From positions 2,784,001 through 2,848,000 of the forward strand of contig OZ242318.1 in assembly GCA_965208105.1 (NCBI GenBank): a DNA stretch of 64,000 nucleotides, in the 5' to 3' direction. Shown in pieces: positions 59,834 through 64,000 of this stretch. Under the pieces are notes generated by a model. That model did not search any database and had not been told where the DNA came from. It saw only the letters and a list, made by a program, of their open reading frames with translations. Origin of the DNA: Candidatus Latescibacterota bacterium (lineage in GTDB: Bacteria; Latescibacterota; UBA2968; UBA8231). How positions within the stretch are numbered: the stretch's first letter is position 1; the number at the start of each line of letters is the position of its first letter. The position numbers were made by a program, and so were the translations under genes.

Positions 59834-60867
59834 ATGCCGACAGCCCGAAAGGTGTTCTTCGCCGGGGCTGGTCTGCGGAGGTCGGCGATTACGCCATCGC
59901 CGGAGGTTGGAGCTTACGCGGTGAGGCGCTGATGGTCGGTGACGCCGCGGGTGGCGTCTACGCGTTCGACGGCAAGTCTGGCGCGACCGCCTGGGAACGG
60001 CGGGGGATCCATGACGGCGGTGTGCTCGCGGTGGCGATCCACCCGAGCGGAACCGCGTTCGCTACGGCCGGCCAGGACAGCCGAGTCTTGATCTGGAGTG
60101 CCGCCGAAGGTCACCTAAGCCGGGCTATCGACGTCGGAAGCGGTTGGGTGGAAAACGTTGCGTGGTCGCCGGACGGCCAATGGTTGGCAGCCTCCTGCGC
60201 CCGGCAGGTTCGCGCGTATGGTGCGGATGGAGTGGAAACCTGGCGATCTGATGATCATCCCAGCACCGTCAGCGCGATCGCCTGGTCGAGCGCAGGGGAG
60301 CTGGCGACGGCCTGTTACGGTCGGGTGACGTTCTTCGACGCGTCCACTGGCGAGCCTCGCCAGAAGCTGGAGTGGCAGGGGTCCCTGGTGTCGATGGTTC
60401 TGAGTCCGGACGGTGATCTCGTGGCCTGCGGCAGCCAGGACAACTCGGTGCACTTCTGGCGTCGCTCCACGGAGCAGGACTCGATGATGTCCGGATATCC
60501 TGGCAAGCCGTCGGCTCTGGCCTTCGATGACACCGGCACCCTCTTGGCCACCGGCGGAGGGGAGGCGGTGACGGTCTGGAGCTTCCAGGGAAGGGGGCCC
60601 GAAGGCACGCGGCCCGGCGATCTGGATTATCATGTTCAACCCGTCACGACGCTTTCCTTCGCTCCCGGCGCGATGCGCTTGGCATCGGGAGGCCGCGATG
60701 GTGCCGTGGTTGTGTGGTCGCTCAGGCGCGATGGACAAGGCGATCCGACAGGAGTTGCGCTTGTGGCAGATGTTGTCGGCGGCTTGTACTGGCGACCAGA
60801 TGGACGCGCGCTTGCCGCGCTCGACGCGCGGGGTGGCGTGACGGTTTGGCGAGTGAGCAACGGGTGA
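59821..60867 (+). CDS. WD40 repeat beta-propeller protein
   Basis: Repeats such as AIHPSG..FATAGQD..V.IW, WSPDGQWLA and LASGGRDG.V.VW; overlaps the upstream stop. Confidence 0.9.
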   Translation: MSDLNADSPKGVLRRGWSAEVGDYAIAGGWSLRGEALMVGDAAGGVYAFDGKSGATAWERRGIHDGGVLAVAIHPSGTAFATAGQDSRVLIWSAAEGHLSRAIDVGSGWVENVAWSPDGQWLAASCARQVRAYGADGVETWRSDDHPSTVSAIAWSSAGELATACYGRVTFFDASTGEPRQKLEWQGSLVSMVLSPDGDLVACGSQDNSVHFWRRSTEQDSMMSGYPGKPSALAFDDTGTLLATGGGEAVTVWSFQGRGPEGTRPGDLDYHVQPVTTLSFAPGAMRLASGGRDGAVVVWSLRRDGQGDPTGVALVADVVGGLYWRPDGRALAALDARGGVTVWRVSNG

Positions 60868-60879
60868 AGCACGACCGCA

Positions 60880-61101
60880 ACAGCATGAATTGCAGGGCCT
60901 TCCCGCTCGTGTTCTCCGCCAACCAGGTCCGTAGAGACCGCCGAGGGCTCCCGAAGGGGGGCCAGCCGACAGTGGCGGTGCGGAATTGGCGCTCCAACCG
61001 GTGTGCCAGGGCCCCATTTCGGCGCGCGTAGATACCGTGCTCACGGCCGGCAGTAGCAGGACCGGAGGACCGTGACCGGCGACGTCGTAAGTGATGCCCA
61101 C
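60880..61101 (-). pseudogene. Frameshifted N-terminal remnant of an alpha/beta hydrolase
   Basis: YDVAGHGPPVLLLPAVSTVSTRAEM continues after a frameshift as LAHRLERQFRTATVGWPPFG (DWPGFG-like). Confidence 0.6.
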
Positions 61102-61113
61102 CGTTGGGTCACT

Positions 61114-62370
61114 CTAGAAAATGAACTCGGGAAGATGTGCCGTGCCTGAGACCATGCTCTTGCGCCGAAGCTTCTCTCCTTGCTCTTGAATCTGGCTGAT
61201 GTTTTGCACTCCGAGCAGTTCCATGGAGCGAAGCAGGTCTTCCTTCATTAACTCAAAGGCTCGGGTTAGACCCAAGTGACCACCGGCTCCCAGTCCACCT
61301 GCGGTCACTCTGCCCAAGCCCACAGCCTTCAGGCCGTAGCTCAGCCCAATAAGAACATCCAGTCCGCTTCGGATACCTCCGTCCATCGCGCAATCGAGTT
61401 TGGACTTGGCCGCCTCCAGCTTGGGGATAGCCTCGGCGACAATCTGCAGGGACGGAATAGCCTGCCCTAACTGGCGACCGCCGTGGTTGGAAAAAATTAC
61501 TCCATTTGCTCCCAGCTCCTCCGCTTTTAAAGCGTCCTCCGCGCAGTGAACGCCTTTGACGATAAGCGGTTGCTCACCCCATGTTTCTTTAATCCAGGGG
61601 AGGTCGCTCCAGGTAACGGCCGAGGCAGCAAGCTGCTCTCCAATACCGGCATATGGCATGGGCTCGCCGCATTCGTCGATGATGTTGACGAAGGGAAGAA
61701 ATCCACCGTCGCGCCAATGCCTCCGTAACCACCCCATTCGAGGGACGATCTGTGGTGCCAGCTTCACCTTGTGCAACGCGCGCTTTAGCTTCCTCGGGCC
61801 AGAGTAAATGGAGCCCACGGCCTCCATCGGCTTCATCCTGGCATGTTCTATTCTGTTCCCCGACACCGCCGTATCGATAGTAAGGACCAGTGCAGAAAAA
61901 CCCGCATCTCTTGCCCGCCTGATTCCTCGTTTCGCGGTTTCCACTCCGCCGCACAGGTAGAGCTGAAACCACTTCGGACCGCTCGACGCGTCGGCCACGG
62001 CTTCCATGGGTGTTTGTGAAAGCGTCGACAGCGTCATTGCCGTTCCAAATTCCCCGGCGACTTGAGATGCAACTGCGTCAGCCATTGGCCATAGCGTGCG
62101 AAGGCTCCCCACCGGCGCGACAAAAAAAGGAAGAGAAAGCTCCTGACCAAATATGCTCGTCGTCGTGTTTAATGTCTGGTGTTTGATGGCTCCGTGAGGC
62201 GCGAGCATCGTCTGTTGAAACGCCAGGACATTCGCCTTCAGCGTAGTCAGCTCGTCAGCGCCACCGATAAAGTATTCAGCGGCAATCGGAGGAACCTCCC
62301 GAAGCATAATTCGCCAAATATCTGCTGTTGTCAGCGCATCGGCGATTTCGTTTTCCCTGATTCGGAACAT
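61114..62370 (-). CDS. FMN-dependent alpha-hydroxy acid dehydrogenase (LldD/MdlB family)
   Basis: YFIGGADE, APVG, WFQLY, LTID, IVKG, SNHGGRQL, DGGIRSG.D. Confidence 0.92.
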   Translation of the reverse strand: MFRIRENEIADALTTADIWRIMLREVPPIAAEYFIGGADELTTLKANVLAFQQTMLAPHGAIKHQTLNTTTSIFGQELSLPFFVAPVGSLRTLWPMADAVASQVAGEFGTAMTLSTLSQTPMEAVADASSGPKWFQLYLCGGVETAKRGIRRARDAGFSALVLTIDTAVSGNRIEHARMKPMEAVGSIYSGPRKLKRALHKVKLAPQIVPRMGWLRRHWRDGGFLPFVNIIDECGEPMPYAGIGEQLAASAVTWSDLPWIKETWGEQPLIVKGVHCAEDALKAEELGANGVIFSNHGGRQLGQAIPSLQIVAEAIPKLEAAKSKLDCAMDGGIRSGLDVLIGLSYGLKAVGLGRVTAGGLGAGGHLGLTRAFELMKEDLLRSMELLGVQNISQIQEQGEKLRRKSMVSGTAHLPEFIF

Positions 62371-62382
62371 GGCGATCTTCTT

Positions 62383-62763
62383 TTACTTCCCAGCGCTGCA
62401 TTCGCCGCATCGTCCATAGAGCGTGATCTCGTGCTTTTCGATCTCGAAACCCGGCGGCGCCAGCTCCACCATCTCTCCCGGGCATGCGTGGATATCGAAC
62501 GCTTCCTCGCACTCGCGACAGAGAAAATGATGATGATGGCCCCGGTCGGTCGGCTCGTAGCGCACATCATTGACGCCCAGGTTCACCGCCCGCACTTCAC
62601 CGGCGTCTTGCAGGCGCCTGAGCTGCCGATAAACCGTTGCAATGCCCAGCGTCGGCACTATGCGGGACGCCAGGTCGAGGATTTCCAGGGGGCGAAGTGG
62701 GCCGGGGGCGTCGCGAACAACCCTCACGATGGCGCTGCGGCGGCTGGTACGTCTGTTGCTCAT
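62383..62763 (-). CDS. Fur-family metalloregulator, copy 2
   Basis: LGIATVYR, HHHHFLCREC, C-terminal CGEC; AGGAG RBS before ATG 62763. Confidence 0.92.
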   Translation of the reverse strand: MSNRRTSRRSAIVRVVRDAPGPLRPLEILDLASRIVPTLGIATVYRQLRRLQDAGEVRAVNLGVNDVRYEPTDRGHHHHFLCRECEEAFDIHACPGEMVELAPPGFEIEKHEITLYGRCGECSAGK

Positions 62764-62801
62764 GAGGATATCTCCTGACAGCGGCGGCCTGGGATGGGTG
62801 G

Positions 62802-63239
62802 CTACATGCAAACGAATTTCTCACTGGGTTCGGAAACAGCGAACCGTTCAAATCGGTGGCGATTCAGTTCAGCGGGCAATTCGAGTAAAACACCCGCATC
62901 ACGCGAGGCACTGGCCCAATCCAGGAGCAACTCGTATTGCCACTGCTCCTGGACGCCGCCAAACCATTCCATCCCCTGCGCTGAGATCACACAAAAGACA
63001 TTGGCGAGATCGCACGGGCCAAGGCATCCGGAGAACGTCAGTTGCACCGATTTGTTGAGTTTCCCCGCTTTCCACTGTTGTATGATCCAGCCGCGGGGCA
63101 ACGGCCTGAACCCCTTGTCCGTCCGACCGCAGCAACAGCCTTCGCAGAACACGATCTGCCCAAGAACGCGGCTTCGTACCGTAGCCAATGCTTCGTGCCT
63201 CCTGAGCCTTTCGTCGATGCGTTGTGTCTGAGCATTCAT
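62802..63239 (-). CDS. Cys-rich thioredoxin-like (2Fe-2S) ferredoxin-domain protein
   Basis: CEGCCCG and GCLGPC motifs; ATGA overlap with the upstream SBP gene. Confidence 0.7.
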   Translation of the reverse strand: MNAQTQRIDERLRRHEALATVRSRVLGQIVFCEGCCCGRTDKGFRPLPRGWIIQQWKAGKLNKSVQLTFSGCLGPCDLANVFCVISAQGMEWFGGVQEQWQYELLLDWASASRDAGVLLELPAELNRHRFERFAVSEPSEKFVCM

Positions 63240-64000
63240 GGGCGTGCCTTCTTTGGCCGCTGCAGGCCGGATTCGGTTTGACCGACTTCGATTGGCTGGC
63301 CCTCAGAACGCCGTTTTTTTGTGGTGAGTTGCGATTGTTGGCTGAGCGCTTGAATCAGCGTTCCCAGATTGTGCTCGAACATCTTCTCGTAGCTGGTCGC
63401 CGGGCCGCCACGTTCCGAGAGCGCGTCGGAGAACAGCCGGCCACCGATCTGAATTCCAGTTTCGCTCGCGATCTGCTGAACCAGGGACGGGCTGGTGATG
63501 TTCTCGACGAACAGCGCCCCGGCCCCGACTTCCTTGAGGTGATCGATCAGCTTGGCAAGGTCCCGCGCCGACGGCTCGGCATCGGTGTCGATCCCGACCG
63601 GGGCCAGAAATTTGAGCCCATAGGCTGCCTCCAGGTACCCAAAGGCGTCGTGAGAGGTCACGACTGCGCGCTGGTCGGCGGGCAGTCTTTTGAGTTGGTC
63701 GAGCGCGCGGTTGTGTAGCTCCTTCAGTTTAGCGGTGTAGGCGCGGGCGTTGGCCTTGTAGGCTGCCGCGTTTTTCGGATCGAGTTCGGCCATGCTGTCC
63801 GCAATATTGGCAACATACTTCATGCCGTTCGTGAGCGAATTCCAGGCATGCGGGTCGATTTCGCCGTCAACCTTCAAAGGCGTTATGCCATCCGTCGCGA
63901 CGGATACTCCGGCCTTGGTACCGGACGTCTCGATCAGGGTTTGCGACCAGGTCTCGAAGCCCAGACCGTTGACAAAGATCATCTCGGCGTTTGTCACTGC
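63236..64000 (-). CDS. ZnuA/TroA-family metal ABC transporter substrate-binding protein (5' end outside the window)
   Basis: NGLGFE.W, DPHAW, TSHDAFGY, EPSA, LFSDAL. Confidence 0.93.
   Translation of the reverse strand, partial: AVTNAEMIFVNGLGFETWSQTLIETSGTKAGVSVATDGITPLKVDGEIDPHAWNSLTNGMKYVANIADSMAELDPKNAAAYKANARAYTAKLKELHNRALDQLKRLPADQRAVVTSHDAFGYLEAAYGLKFLAPVGIDTDAEPSARDLAKLIDHLKEVGAGALFVENITSPSLVQQIASETGIQIGGRLFSDALSERGGPATSYEKMFEHNLGTLIQALSQQSQLTTKKRRSEGQPIEVGQTESGLQRPKKARP

Overview
A GC-rich bacterial chromosome segment from a diderm organism. The gene content (DUF6785-type membrane protein, PhyH dioxygenase, several Gfo/Idh/MocA and SDR oxidoreductases, an orphan BMC shell gene) suggests an uncultured Latescibacterota/Poribacteria-like lineage, but that is inference. 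The first ~52 kb is mostly housekeeping and catabolic: groEL with a CIRCE element, lipB, icd, moaC, argF, nrnA, two PPIases, mfd, tRNA-Ala(GGC), dnaE, map, hemB, rpsR, arfB and a sigma-70 factor. It also holds two families of short inverted-repeat (MITE-like) elements and an IS1380 remnant. From ~52.5 kb to the end is a metal-starvation island (probably zinc) made of two convergent arms. The + arm carries a Fur-family regulator, a His-rich lipoprotein, a TonB receptor, two COG0523 GTPases, a small Cys protein and a WD40 protein. The - arm carries a ZnuA-like binding protein, a Cys-rich ferredoxin-like protein, a second Fur-family regulator and an FMN alpha-hydroxy-acid dehydrogenase. Main leads: (i) a 162-bp element whose three complete copies all sit at TAG stop codons; (ii) an RGPP-containing leader ORF plus hairpin in front of the metal-uptake operon; (iii) a Cys-free S18 gene with no canonical start codon, apparently co-transcribed with a microcompartment shell gene; (iv) an anti-SD-rich hairpin at the predicted dnaE transcription start. 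No CRISPR array or rRNA is present.
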